DNA from: Octopus vulgaris
Taxonomy: Eukaryota
Direction: 5' to 3'
NCBI GenBank assembly: GCA_951406725.2
Contig: OX597823.1
Location: 91,326,001 to 91,390,000 of the forward strand
Length of the DNA stretch: 64,000 bases
Part shown: in pieces, positions 23,134 to 36,086 of the stretch
How positions within the stretch are numbered: the stretch's first letter is position 1
Layout of the letters: each line of letters opens with the position of its first letter
Program-made: the position numbers and the translations under genes
The notes under the pieces: model-generated
The model's input: the letters and a program-made list of their open reading frames with translations, nothing else
The model's database searches: none
What the model was told of the DNA's origin: nothing

Positions 23134-23490
23134 CTTTTATTCTTTTACATCTTTCAGTCATTTGACTGTGGCCATGCTGGAGAATTGCCTTTAGTTGAAC
23201 GTATTGACCCCAGGACTTATTGTTTGTAAGCCTAGTACTTAATCTAGCAGTCACTTTTGCTGAACCACTAAGTTACAGGAACATATGCACACCGATATCG
23301 GTTGTCAAGAAATGGTGGGTGGACAAACACAAATACAAATACACACACACACACACACACATATACGTCTACCAAATCCACTCACAGGGCTTTGGTTGGC
23401 CCGAGGCTATACTAAAGGACACTTACCCAAGGTACCATGTAGTGGGACTGAACCCCGAGTCATGTGGCTGGTAAGCAAACTTCTTACTAT
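23134..23490 (-). mobile_element. SINE family A copy
   Basis: Reverse-complement similarity to 191-630. Confidence 0.8.
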
Positions 23491-23498
23491 ACAGCAAT

Positions 23499-23530
<32 letters not shown>

Positions 23531-23811
23531 GTATGTATATATATATATATATATATATATAAATATGTATATATATATATAAATATATATATAGCTAGCA
23601 TATATATATATATATGAATGATATATATATATATGTATGTATATACGTATATATATAAACACATATATACATATATATATATATACATATATGTATATAT
23701 GTATGTATTTGTATATATGTGTATGTATGTATATATATATACATGTATATATATATATATATATATTTATACATATATATATATGCATATATATATATAT
23801 ATTTATACATA

Positions 23812-24260
23812 CATCATCATCATCATCATCATCATCATTTAGCGTCCGTTTTCCATGCTAGCATGGGTTGGACGGTTCAACTGGGGTCTGGGGAGCCCGA
23901 AGGCTGCACCAGGCCAGTCAGATCTGGCAGTGTTTCTACAGCTGGATGCCCTTCCTAACGCCAACCACTCCGAGAGTGTAGTGGGTGATTTTATGTGCCA
24001 CCGACACAGGTGCCAGACGAGGCTGGCGAACGGCCACGCTCGGATGGTGTTTTTATGTGCCACCGACACAGGTGCCAGACGAGGCTGGCAGACGGCCACG
24101 CTCGGATGGTGTTTTTATGTGCCACCGACACAGGTGCCAGATGAGGCTGGTGGACGGCCACGATCGGATGGTGTTTGTTACATCCCCAAAGCACGGAGGC
24201 CAGTCTATGCGGTACTGGCTACGGCCACGTTCGGATGATTTTCTTGTGTGCCACCGGCAC
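23812..24260 (-). mobile_element. Young RTE 3' UTR copy with near-identical 63-bp tandem units
   Basis: ttttatgtgccaccgacacaggtgccagacgaggctggc..acggccacgctcggatggtg occurs three times at ~23989-24175. Confidence 0.85.
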
Positions 24261-24360
24261 TAATTTACCACAAAGATACAAATTCCATTGATGTTCATCT
24301 ATTTTGATTTGTTTTGATTTGAAAAAAAAAAAAAAATAGATGATACATATATATATATTT

Positions 24361-24418
<58 letters not shown>

Positions 24419-24724
24419 TTGCATGCGTATCTAATGCACATGTAACTTGTATTCTTTCAAGTGATTACTGCTGTTCACACACATGTATGTTAATTTATGT
24501 CAGTTAAATAGAAATAAGTTAGTTGGCCTGTGACATTGTCCACTCAGGCTTTACATGATACTAAGGAATACAGACAGCTGCAGTGAGGATTTTAAAGGGA
24601 TTTCTTTCACAAATCCTTTACATAAGTATATATAAATATTTATATATCTATATTTGCATGCACATACACACATATACATGTATGTGTATACATATGTTTA
24701 TCTGTCTATGCATACATAAATATT

Positions 24725-24761
<37 letters not shown>

Positions 24762-24800
24762 CACACACACACATATATATATATACGTATATATATATGT

Positions 24801-24845
<45 letters not shown>

Positions 24846-25899
24846 TGCAAATGTATATACACATAAATGCATACATAAAATATACATTCATAAATACATG
24901 AATATACACATACGTATATGTACACACATATATACACCCATATATACACATATACATGTACACACATATACTTACACATAGATACACACACATATATATA
25001 TAAGTATGCATGCATACTTATATAATTATACACATATATATACACACATATATACATACACACATACAGATATATACACACGCACACATATATGCACACA
25101 CATACATACATATATTCACCTATACATACACATCCATGCACATACATTCTCATATGTACTCAGACACACACGTATATATATATATATATAAACAAAAACA
25201 CACATGCATATACATGCACACATACACACACACACACACATGCAAATACTCACACTCATGTTTACTCTTCTATGCATGTAATGCCTTTAATCACAAAGGG
25301 CTTTCATACATGTTGAAACAAGAGCAGTTTTCGTTTGCTCACAAAACAAAAATAAAAAGCAAACACAAAAATACAAAAAAAAAAAACCAGTTCCGTGAAA
25401 ATGGGCTGACAGATTCCATGGGTGGACTTGTAGGGGGTGGAATGCCAATGTATTCAACCATATGCGCTTAACTTTATGTGGTTCGGTAGCCGCGTAATTC
25501 TGCAATTGTGTCAGTATATGATACGGCTTCCATATAACTCTTATGTGTATGTGACTGTGTGTTTATATATATATATGTGTGTGTGAGTGTATGTGTATGT
25601 GTTTGTAGGTATATTTCTTTCTCGTGATAAAGCAACGATTATGCGTGTGCATTCACCGGTAACAAAATACAGAGGAGGTGTTTTTTAATGTTTGATGTGT
25701 CGATAATATATATATTTATGGCTTCCTTTACTCATATAGATTATCACGTGTATGCGTGTGTGTGTGTGTGTGTGTGTATGTCTGAAGGTTGCATGCGTAG
25801 AAAATATCGACTGTTTTGGCTGTAGGTGTATATGTGTTTGTGTGTATGTGTGTTTATATTATCACTGTGTGAACCATTGTGCATGTGTATTTGTATGTA

Positions 25900-26035
25900 C
25901 AAGGGTTGGGGCTGAAAAGTTCCTGGTTTTGGGTAAAAGAAAATTCAGGAGGATCAGTTAATTATGATTTTATTCAACATATTCCCCTCTCAGATTCACA
26001 CACTTATTGCTATGATCCTTCAGTTTTTCAAAGCC
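25900..26035 (-). mobile_element. mariner 3' end remnant (transposase C-terminus + TIR)
   Basis: The minus strand reads GFEKLKDHSNKCVNLRGEYVE*. The TIR-like end is ta-caagggttggggctgaaaagttcc. Confidence 0.65.
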
Positions 26036-26123
26036 AAGTATAGGAACTCAGAAGTTTGGGTATCCACCCAAGCCTTTTGCAATACCTTTAAGCCAGGATT
26101 TTTTCAGGAATCCTTCATATATA

Positions 26124-26700
26124 TCTTTATATATAAAAGTGAAGTTGTGTGTCTGTCTCCTACGATTTAGATTCCTAACTACTCCCACATTTTGCGGTGC
26201 AGTGTAACCAAAAGCGGGTATCTTATAATCGTGATTCATATTGAGCCCTTCTGGGTATTAGTGCGCGTCTACGATGAGTCTACGATTTAAAAAAAAATTT
26301 ACCATAATTTTTTCCAATTTTTAATGCATTTTTTTGCTATTATATAAGGGAAGTAACTCTCTAAAAATGTCTACGATGAGTCTACGATTTAAAAAAATTT
26401 ACCATCATTTTTTCCAATTTTTAATGCATTCTTTTGCTATTATATAAGGGAAGTAACTCTCTAAAAATGTCTACGATGAGTCTACGATTTAAAAACTCTC
26501 TAAAAATGTATTATTAAATCTCAGATTTAAAAACTCTCTAAAAATGTATTATTAAATCTCAGAACGTAAAAAGCTACAGTAACACCGCCCCCCCCTTTGT
26601 GGTTAGCCATATTAAGATGGCTATTATACTTTACATCTCTAAAAATGCTTATATAGTTATTTCCCTTACAAACCCGAGCAACGCCGGGCGATACTGCTAG
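26124..26700 (+). mobile_element. Non-autonomous Helitron (577 bp) sharing the 3' terminus of the 11460-17603 element
   Basis: Starts A|TCTTTATATATAAAAG. Ends ttacaaacccgagcaacgccgggcgatactgCTAG|T, versus ttacagacccgggcaacgccgggctatgctgCTAG|T in the full element. Internal ~100-bp tandem repeats at 26267-26495. Confidence 0.9.
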
Positions 26701-26959
26701 TATATATATATATTGAATAAACTAGGATACTCAAAGACTGCCTAAAACCTGAATCACTGAATACTTGCCAAGAAATCTTTCTACCTTGCATCCATTTCGA
26801 GTGCTATCTGCTACAAGCATGGGATTCCCCATTCTCTGACTAATCCTGGAAGAGTTCTTATGAATCAAGGCCAGCTCAAGGGATAAGTCTCTTGTTCCTC
26901 CTCTCTCAACCCATAAATAGCTGGTCTCAGGTAGATAACTGATCCTCGCTGATGCCAGA

Positions 26960-28323
26960 CCAATAGCTGCGAGAATAAGAACTGGATGTGCAAAGTTTCA
27001 GAGAGCTCCTACATCTATTGGCAACAAAGGCCTGTCCCTCTGAGTGAAAGTAGACTGTATGATGCCTGTGTGCAAACAGCCATGCTACACAGCAGTGAAA
27101 TATGGGCTGTGACTGCCCAGGACCTGCATTGGTTTGAAAGAAATGAAGCTAGCATGCTTTGCAGGATGTGCAACATCAGATTGCATTAATGACAGAGTGT
27201 AAGCATTACTAATTTTAAATCTCACAACGTGAGATATTCAGGAACAGTACTTTATAGTAAAGATTGTTTGCCAACATAACATGGCAGTCCTGGTTTAGGA
27301 CGAATGTTGCTGTAATTTAGTCCCAAAAGACATCGTCTCCAGCTGGCTATATAAACTTGATCTGTGTCCTTATATTTCCCTTGTTTGAAAATATAAGGAC
27401 AGATTTAAAAACAGTAATTTTTTTATTTATAGATCAGTGACTACTTGTCACTTTGAAAACTATTTCAAAAGGGAATTTGGCGGCGTCACCTCTAGCCAAA
27501 CAATTATTCTAATTATTCTGTGCTGATGAAAAGAAATAATCCAGAAATTGCGATACACAGATATTGTTTTGAGGTGAGTGGGGGTGCTAGATTCCCTTGT
27601 TCAAAAATATAAAGATACAGATCGTGTTGTAAAGCCAGCTGGAGGTGATGTCTCCTGGGGCTAAATTACAGCAGCATTCATCCTAAACCAGGACTGCCAT
27701 GTTATGTTGGTAAACAATCTTTACTACAGAGTGTAAGCATCCTGATAAAAAATGTTGGACATAAGAAGCATCAGATGTGGTGTGCAAGAGAGACAACTGC
27801 GCTAGTATGGTCATGGGATATATATGGACAAGGATAGCTGTGTAAAGAGGTGCTCTACCTGTTGAGAAAACCAGTCGTAGAGGTAGACCCAGTAAGACAT
27901 GATCTTTGAATGAGAAGTGACTGAGACCTTTGACTATATGCCAGGCTGGAGAGGACTCGTCAAGCCAAGTGGAATTGCAGTTATGGGCGATGCAAGAATC
28001 ACATAACTGGCACCAATGCCGGTGACATGCAAAAGCATCTTTCGAACTTTGGGCCTCACTGAGGCAGTAAAAAGTGACTGAGACCTTTAGTAATATACCG
28101 TGCTTGAGATGACTTGTGAAGCCAATGTTTCATAACTGGCTCTCAAGCCGGTGGCATGTATGAAGCACCCACTACACTCTTGGAGTGGTTGGCATTAGGA
28201 AGGGCATCCAGCTGTAGAAGCCATGGATTGGAACCTGGTGCAGCTCCCCAGATAATCAGCTTACAGTTAAACAATCAAATCCATGTCAGCATGGAAAACA
28301 GACTTTAAATGACGATGATGATG
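26960..28323 (+). mobile_element. RTE LINE 3' fragment split by an insertion at 27207-27725
   Basis: RLYDACVQTAMLHSSEIWAVT...ERNEASMLCRMCNI, resuming after the insert with IRSIRCGVQERQL. It ends in a (gat)n tail. Confidence 0.85.
27253..27728. mobile_element. Foldback/MITE-like element with ~120-bp TIRs (T[A/G]TAGTAAAG...CTTTACTACA)
   Basis: The left end tagtaaagattgtttgccaacataacatggcagtcctggtttagga... matches the reverse complement of the right end. A one-armed copy lies at 50490-50720. Confidence 0.85.
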
Positions 28324-28656
28324 AAACTATTGGTAGCCTTGTAAAACCTAAAAATAAAGAATCTTTATCCACAAATGCTGTGTTGACCTCTCATTCTCAC
28401 TGTTTGATATTAGTGTGTGTATATATTCTTTTATTCTTTTATTTGTTTCAGTCATTTGAGTGCGGCGATGCTGGAGCACCACCTTCAGGGGTTTTAAGTG
28501 AACAAATCAATCCCAGGACTTATTCTTTCTAAGCCTAGTACTTATTCTATCAGTCTCTTTAGCCAAACCGCTAAGTTATGGGGACATAAACATACCAACA
28601 CTGGTTGTCAGGCAATGGTGGGGGGACAAATACAGACACACAAATGCATACATATT

Positions 28657-28699
<43 letters not shown>

Positions 28700-29309
28700 C
28701 CTCGAACCCACAAGAGTAAAGAAGAGAGACAGAGACAGGCAGAAACAAGGAAAATGCCCCTTGTATTTGAATACTATGCAAATATTCTTAAAAAAACTTT
28801 TCATTTAATTTTTCCAAAATTTAATTGTTTTCCATACTTACAGTTGAAAAAGTCTCAATTACTGAAACCAGTACTGAAATGTTTTTTTATGATAAAATTA
28901 TTTTAGCATTTTCTACCTTGTCTTTTTTTTCTTATATATATGTACACACGATGGGCTTCTTTCAGCTTCTATGTACCAAATCCACTCACAAGGCTTTAAT
29001 CAGCCTGAGGCTATAGTAGAAAACACTTGTCCAAGGTGCCATGCAGTGGAACTGAACCCAGAACCATGTGGTTTGTAAGTAAGCTACTTACCACACAGCC
29101 ATATATATATTTTATTTGTTTCGGTCATTTGACTGTTGCCATGCTGGGGCACTGTTTTGAATAAGTTTTAGACGAATATAATGACCCCAGCTCTTATTCT
29201 TAAAAGCCTGTAAAGACATTTTCACTTCCTGAGTGTTATACTAATACTTCTGTTTGTTATTCACACCACCTGTCTTCATCTTTTGTTTTTTTTGTGAATT
29301 CTCCCCCTA

Positions 29310-29360
<51 letters not shown>

Positions 29361-29361
29361 A

Positions 29362-29414
<53 letters not shown>

Positions 29415-29474
29415 ATATATATATTACATTATATATATATATATACACACACACATACATACATATATATACAT

Positions 29475-29497
<23 letters not shown>

Positions 29498-29505
<8 letters not shown>

Positions 29506-30051
29506 TACATAAAATTCGTTCTGTCTGTCTGTGTGAGTGTCTTCTAGGATCTCAGGCATCCTCCATCCGATTGCACTCAAATTTGATATGTAGATACCGA
29601 TGGTATCAGGGCGTATATAAGTCTTGAAAAAATTACAAGAATCGATTCCAGGTGAGAATGCGATCGATAAAGCCATGGGAACGTGCATGTGTATGTGCAA
29701 GTACATCAGCTGTTGCAATCAATACTATGCGTATGTGAGAAAAATACATGTGCAGTTTGCACATAAAAAGCCGGCTGGCTTGAAATAATGCCACAAAATG
29801 CAGTATATTTAAGAGACCAAAAAAGTAAGATGCAAAAGAGATATTTTCTTCAAACTTAGCATGAAGGAAGAAAAGATTATTTGGTTTTTCAAGAAGTTTT
29901 TTTTTTGCCTTAACTTCGTTTAACAAAACCAAAAATTTTATTGAAATAAAAGCATGCTTAATTATTATTTAATGAAAAGAAAACACTGATTGCTTTTTAT
30001 TCAGCAGACATGATTCAGCACCGTCCATTGGGCGGGGGAGGGGGCGTTTTG

Positions 30052-30055
<4 letters not shown>
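29498..30055 (+). mobile_element. Degenerate non-autonomous Helitron-like element
   Basis: 5' tatattacataaaattcgttctgtctgtctgtgtg and a ccgatt...aaatttga motif like the 5' region of the big Helitron. 3' hairpin ccgtcc-att-gggcgg (30021-30035), then ...ttttgCTCA|T. Confidence 0.5.
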
Positions 30056-30090
<35 letters not shown>

Positions 30091-30104
30091 TATACATACA
30101 TATA

Positions 30105-30576
30105 CACAGGGTGTTCAAAAAGTGTCTCTTCAGTAAGTATTTTATTGCAAAATAATAAGATGGAATAAGATTACAAAAGAATATATTAGACTTTTCAAGA
30201 CTTTAAAAAACTTTATGTGTTGAAAGTGTCATGCTTCATTTTCCATACATTAGTTGACTCTTCTACACATGTTTTGAGTCTGACATCTTGGAGAGTCTGA
30301 CATCGCATGGACCATGTGAAGGTTATGATTGCGTCTTTTATCTCATTAATGGTTTTCAGGCGATTCTTGTACAATAAACTGTTCAGCGTAAATCTCTTGA
30401 AGTAGCACCATGGTGATGCACAAAGTATGTACTGCAGCTCCATCTTACTGAAAGTATGCATTATTAGTTTCACTTTCAGTTTAGTTGGCCTACAGTTCTC
30501 AGTGTTCATAGTGTCTTCAAAAAATATTGTTTGCACAATAAAATTCACTGCAGAGACACTTTTTGAACACCCTGTG
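30105..30576 (-). mobile_element. Internally deleted Tc1/mariner-superfamily element with 25-bp TIRs and TA flanks
   Basis: cacagggtgttcaaaaagtgtctct ... agagacactttttgaacaccctgtg, with TA on both sides. Residual LYKNRLKTINEIKDAI is transposase C-terminus-like. Confidence 0.85.
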
Positions 30577-30887
30577 TATGTATAAGATAGATCTAAATAA
30601 CAAAGTGAACTCAGTCAGAAAAAATCTACAGATGGAGGAGAACATACCACCACCATGTCCTTAATGACGAAATTAACCTCTCTGTCTATATATCTGCCCT
30701 CTTTATAATGTTGGCAAATGAAATAAGTATAAGAATGTGCATTGACCGTTTTCATTTTAAAATTCTATATGTGGCTGAAGATTGCTTGACATTGTAAAAC
30801 TGATGTAATACTTAAAGTGTCTAATAAAATGAAGTAGCATGAAACAATTGTACTACACTACCTTGGATATCCTTGTTGCTTATTTTG

Positions 30888-30947
<60 letters not shown>

Positions 30948-30963
30948 ATATATATACATATCT

Positions 30964-31012
<49 letters not shown>

Positions 31013-31013
31013 C

Positions 31014-31062
<49 letters not shown>

Positions 31063-31496
31063 TACACTCATTATATATATTGATATATATTACATATATT
31101 GATATATTGATATATTTATATATTTATATATTTATATATATATATATACATACATATATACACTCATTATATATATTGACACTTATGCATTCATACTTGC
31201 ACACACAATTTCTCAGCTACTCACATGTTTTTGTTATTTTATTTTTTTTCAAAGTTTTTAGTTAATGGGCCATGATCATGCTGGAGCACCACCATTAAGG
31301 AATTGTAATTGATTATATTGATCTGCAGTAATTATTTCAGTCTAATAATTATATATTTGATCTCTATTTATTGAACAGCCAACTTAGCGTTTTATGAGAA
31401 TCTATGCAATTTGAATGCACGTGTTTAACCTGCTGTAAAAATGGAAATAAACATCTGATTTGTCAGATCTCCTTGATATAGAGCAATAATAATAAT

Positions 31497-31937
31497 CATC
31501 ATCATCCTCGTTTAACGTCCCTTCTCCATGCTAGCATGGGTTGGATGGTTCGACCGGGGATCTGGGAAGCCAGAAGGCTGCACCAGGCTCCGGTCTTATC
31601 TGGCAATGTTTCTACAGATGGATGCCCTTCCAAACGCCAACCACTCCGTGAGTGTAGTGGGTGCTTTTTACGTGCCACCTGCACTGGTGCCAGGCGAGGC
31701 TGGCATTGGCCATGGTCGGATTGGTGCATTTTACGTGCCACCGGCACGGAAGCCAGTCAAGGCGGCACTGGCTTCGGCCACAATTCGGATGGTGCTTTTT
31801 ACGTGCCACCGACACGGAAGCCAGTCGAGGCGGCGCTGGCATCGGCCACGATTCGGATAGTGCTTTTTACGTATCTCCAGTCCAGGGGTCCTGACATCTG
31901 CCAGGTGCCAGTCATAGGATTGGTTCAATTTTGATTC

Positions 31938-31938
<1 letters not shown>
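31497..31938 (-). mobile_element. RTE 3' UTR copy
   Basis: Same (cat)n-gtttaacgtcc...ctggatgcccttcc...gtgccacc structure. Further copies lie at ~22840-23010, 36100-36350 (+), 40158-40349 (+), 50870-51400, 58100-58345, 61218-61460 and 63410-63725 (+). Confidence 0.85.
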
Positions 31939-32018
<80 letters not shown>

Positions 32019-32032
32019 TAATAATAATAGTA

Positions 32033-33016
32033 ATGTTAAGCACAGAGACTCCTACCCTAAGAGTGACACTGATAAGCTCTATTTCTAGAAGAAAGGGTGG
32101 AAGAGGTTTGATCAGTTGCCTGGACTGTATTGAAACAGAGAAAAACAGCTTAGGTTGGCATGTAAAAAAGACTGTGGAACCATTGTTGAAGCATGTGAAG
32201 AATTCTGGCGTGATTAAAACTGATAATTGTGTAAAGAAAGAAAAACTTAAGAATCAAAGAATGTGAAAAAAGAAACAGCATGGAAGGAGAAAAAAATGTA
32301 TGGTCATCTTGCAAATACTGTGAATGCCAAGACAGATATAGAAGACCAGTGGCTATAGATAAAGAAGTGTGACTTGAAGATAGAGAAATACTTATATGTG
32401 TAGCACAAGAACAAGCATTAAGGACTAACTACATGATGTTCAGAATCGACAACACTCCTGGCAGCAACAAATGCAGGATGTGTGGTGAGAGGAGTGAAAC
32501 AGTATGGCACATCATTAATGAATACCAAAACTGGCACAATGTGAATACAAAAGATGATAAGACATTGTGACAAGAATGATCCACTGGGAGCTTTGTGGAA
32601 GCCACAGCATACAAAGAGCAAAGATGTGGTGTGAGAACATCAGGAGTCACAAAGAATGAAAATTGCAAAATCCTGTGGGAAACAATGATTCAGTGTGGTC
32701 AGGCATCTGAAACTGGACATTGTTGTGGTGACTAAAAAAGCAAGAACATGTATGATAATCAACATAGCATGTCCCAGTGACAACAGGATCCAAGAGAAAG
32801 AACAAGAAAAACCGAACAACTCTGATGATTGAAGTGGGAAATACGAAATTAGTGGTTAATGAGAAGAATAGACTTGCTTCCAATAGTAATTGGTGCATTT
32901 GGAAGTATCAGCACTCAAACTACCAACATGACGTGAAAAGATCAGTGCAAGAACACCTACAAAAATCAGTATTGATTGGAACTGCAAGAATTCTTCGCTG
33001 GGTTCTTGAAACATGA
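32033..33016 (+). pseudogene. R4/Dong-type retrotransposon fragment (RT C-terminus, CCHC knuckle, REL endonuclease), preceded by (AAT)n
   Basis: SRRKGGRGLISCLDCIETE, AQEQALRTN, CRMCGERSETVWHI, KILWE, LDIV, QKSVLIGTARILRWVLET*, with many frameshifts. Confidence 0.85.
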
Positions 33017-33539
33017 CCAGTTAACAAAATTTCTTCAAAATGTTGCTCCAGCATGACCACAGTCAAATGACAGAAACAAATAAACATAGCAAGAGTGGCT
33101 GATAGCTACCTGTTCCAGATACCAGGAAATCCAAAAATGGATGGCATAATAGCAGGTATTTTCTTTTAATAAAAAAAAAAAATGGAAGAAAATAGAGCTC
33201 ATGGGAATTAGTCCTGAAAAATATTTTTGGTTTTGCACAGGGTATAAGTTCTAGAAAATATCTGTCAAAATATAAGAAAATTAGAAATTTGTTTTAAAAG
33301 TAATTTGATGGAAAGATGACAGTGTGATCTTAAGATGATAGTAAAAGGTGTTTGCTTTTAAAACAAATTTCTAATTTTCTTATATTTTGACAGATATTTT
33401 CTAGAACTTATACCCTGTGCAAAACCAGAAATATGGCATCCTAATCATAACACCAACATAAATTTCTAACTTGTTATCTCTTGAGGTCTCTGGGTGAGAC
33501 TTGGAGTCAGCTTGTACAAATACAGAGCAAAAACCAAGC

Positions 33540-33575
<36 letters not shown>

Positions 33576-33613
33576 TGATGATGATGATGATGATGGTGAT
33601 GGTGATTGTGATA

Positions 33614-33648
<35 letters not shown>

Positions 33649-34389
33649 AAAATACAAGTACTATTTTGGCCAAAAAACCCTGACCATCCTGAAATATAAC
33701 AATACCTGTTCACATCAGGAATCTTGCAAAGCAAATACATAAATGTAAAAATAAAGAACTGTTCAGTTGCATGATGGGAAATTTTCGTAAAAGACCTAAA
33801 AATTAACAATAACGACAATATATCAGATGGTGCTACTTGCAGCTATGATGATGATGATGATGATGGGGAGGATGAGGAGGAAGAGGAGGCAGAGATTTAT
33901 GTGGATGATGATGAGGATTATGATGACAATGAAGATCAAAATAAGATAAAAAACCTTTTATCAATTCTATACTGCTGCCAGAGAAATGGTATAATCATAA
34001 AACGGAACTGCTTCATACATTATTTAAAGAAATCTCTCCTACAGACTTCAATATTCACATAGAATAGGGCCTTCTATACAACTGATTTCATTAAAGTAAA
34101 GATATGCTTGTTAAAATACTTGCTCAAGGACACAGCCTAATTTATTGCTGGGGTTCGTATTGAATTTGACCATCATCTCATCTCATTAGATGGGAACTGT
34201 TCTTTTCTAAAAGCCTACAAGAATTCCTCAGTACTGTATTGCTAATGAGCATCTTGTTTGGTGATTCCTTTTTGTTGCTGAAACCATAAATCTCCTATCT
34301 TGAATCACACACAGACACACACACAGTCGTATATATAGATATATATTTTCTATGTGAATCACACATATATATATATATGTATGTATATG

Positions 34390-34435
<46 letters not shown>

Positions 34436-34443
34436 GTATGTTG

Positions 34444-34509
<66 letters not shown>

Positions 34510-34542
34510 CATATATATACATATATATATACATATATATAC

Positions 34543-34610
<68 letters not shown>

Positions 34611-34715
34611 TTAAAGCATATTACTCTACCAGTGGTATTTGAGTACTCTTTTTTTCCACCTTGTTTCACATTTATGTGTTTACTCCGGAATATATATATA
34701 TACGTATATATATAA

Positions 34716-34754
<39 letters not shown>

Positions 34755-34797
34755 TATACATATATATACATATATATACATATATATATATATATAC

Positions 34798-34865
<68 letters not shown>

Positions 34866-34922
34866 GTACATAGGCATACATATATACTTACATGCATGCA
34901 TACATATACATACACATGTATA

Positions 34923-35712
34923 CAGTGTGTCCTGGCTAAATTTGATGATTTTTTGTCTCCTTTTTTTTTTTTAATCTCAGAAACAGCTGGATGTATTGGT
35001 GAACAGTCAAAGCCATTGAAAAGCATAAAGAATGAGGTTGTAGCTGTGAAATAGTTAGCTGAGATGGAGGACTGGAAGCCATATGATTATTGGAAAAGAG
35101 TTACCATTATCATGAAGTTTCATGCTGGGTCTCAAAATTCTGATCTCATCACTGCTGCTCAATGCTTTGTGAACACTGTATATAGGCTGTAAGATATGAC
35201 ATGGGCATCATAAATCTCAAGTTTCCCACACTATGATAGCCTTTGTTAGTGTCTCCAATGAGGCTGGCACAATGCTGCCTCGGCATCTTTGATCAGGGTC
35301 CTACACTCAATTCAATAAGATTTAGCTCCTTGCCATACTGCCAGAAAGAGTCAGAAGTGGTTACTGGAGAATTCCTATGACTTCACCAGCCCCAAACTTC
35401 TGACCTCTTAATTTTCCCAATTACAATCCCATGGATTATTATGCATGTGGTGCTGTTGAGAAAGATACCAACCACTCTGCCTGCAACATCCAAGGCAGGC
35501 CAATCTGGTGGCCAAGATAAAAGAGTTGCTTGAAGATCTTCCCAGAGACACAGTGAGGAACATATGCACCAGGTTCAAGAGCTGTCTTGGCCATGGGCAA
35601 AGCTGAGGGAAGCTATTTTGAACAAACTGTTATCTCCCAACCATAATCTAGTTGATAGTTTTGATCTGTTTTTCCTTTTACATTAACTTTCAAATTTAGC
35701 TGGAACATCCTG
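34923..35712 (+). mobile_element. Decayed maT/DD37D-like (Tc1/mariner superfamily) element with TA flanks
   Basis: TIRs cagtgtgtcctggctaaatttga / tcaaatttagctggaacatcctg. The internal broken frame DLAPCHTARKSQKWLLEN...NPMDYYA.GAVEKDTN resembles DD37D catalytic motifs. Confidence 0.75.
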
Positions 35713-36030
35713 TATATATATATATAAAGGGATATATTCATATCATTGAACATTGACATGTTCGCCTCTTTTTCTTGGGCTGTCTACTATATCAGGACTT
35801 TAACCCACATGGATATTCTCAGGATTGCATCTAAGGACTTACACTCATGGATCTATGCAGAATTGCCCCCTAAGGACTCAAGCTTTGATTTCTATAACTT
35901 TGGAAACTAAGAACTTTTAGGCTTCTTTATTCTTCCTTCTTTCCATCTCCTTATTCTTTTACTCCCTTCCTCTATATTACCATCTTATTGATATGTTCCA
36001 TTCTCATTTTCCCTATTATTTCGCCAATTT

Positions 36031-36086
36031 GTCTCTGATGACGAAATATCCCATACTCGAGGATATCCCAGAAACAGCTGTAAGAT
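36031..36086 (+). ncRNA. Minimal hammerhead ribozyme-like motif with intact core and palindromic stem III
   Basis: gtct-CTGATGA-cgaa-atatcc(catactcga)ggatat-ccca-GAAA-cagctg-TA-agat. It has a GUA triplet and the palindrome acagctgt; the base of stem II is imperfect. Confidence 0.65.

Noticed and set aside
23989-24175. CRISPR-like regular repeats (also 19940-20330 and 46925-47385)
   Set aside because: They are whole-unit tandem repeats without unique spacers, there are no cas genes, and the context is eukaryotic.
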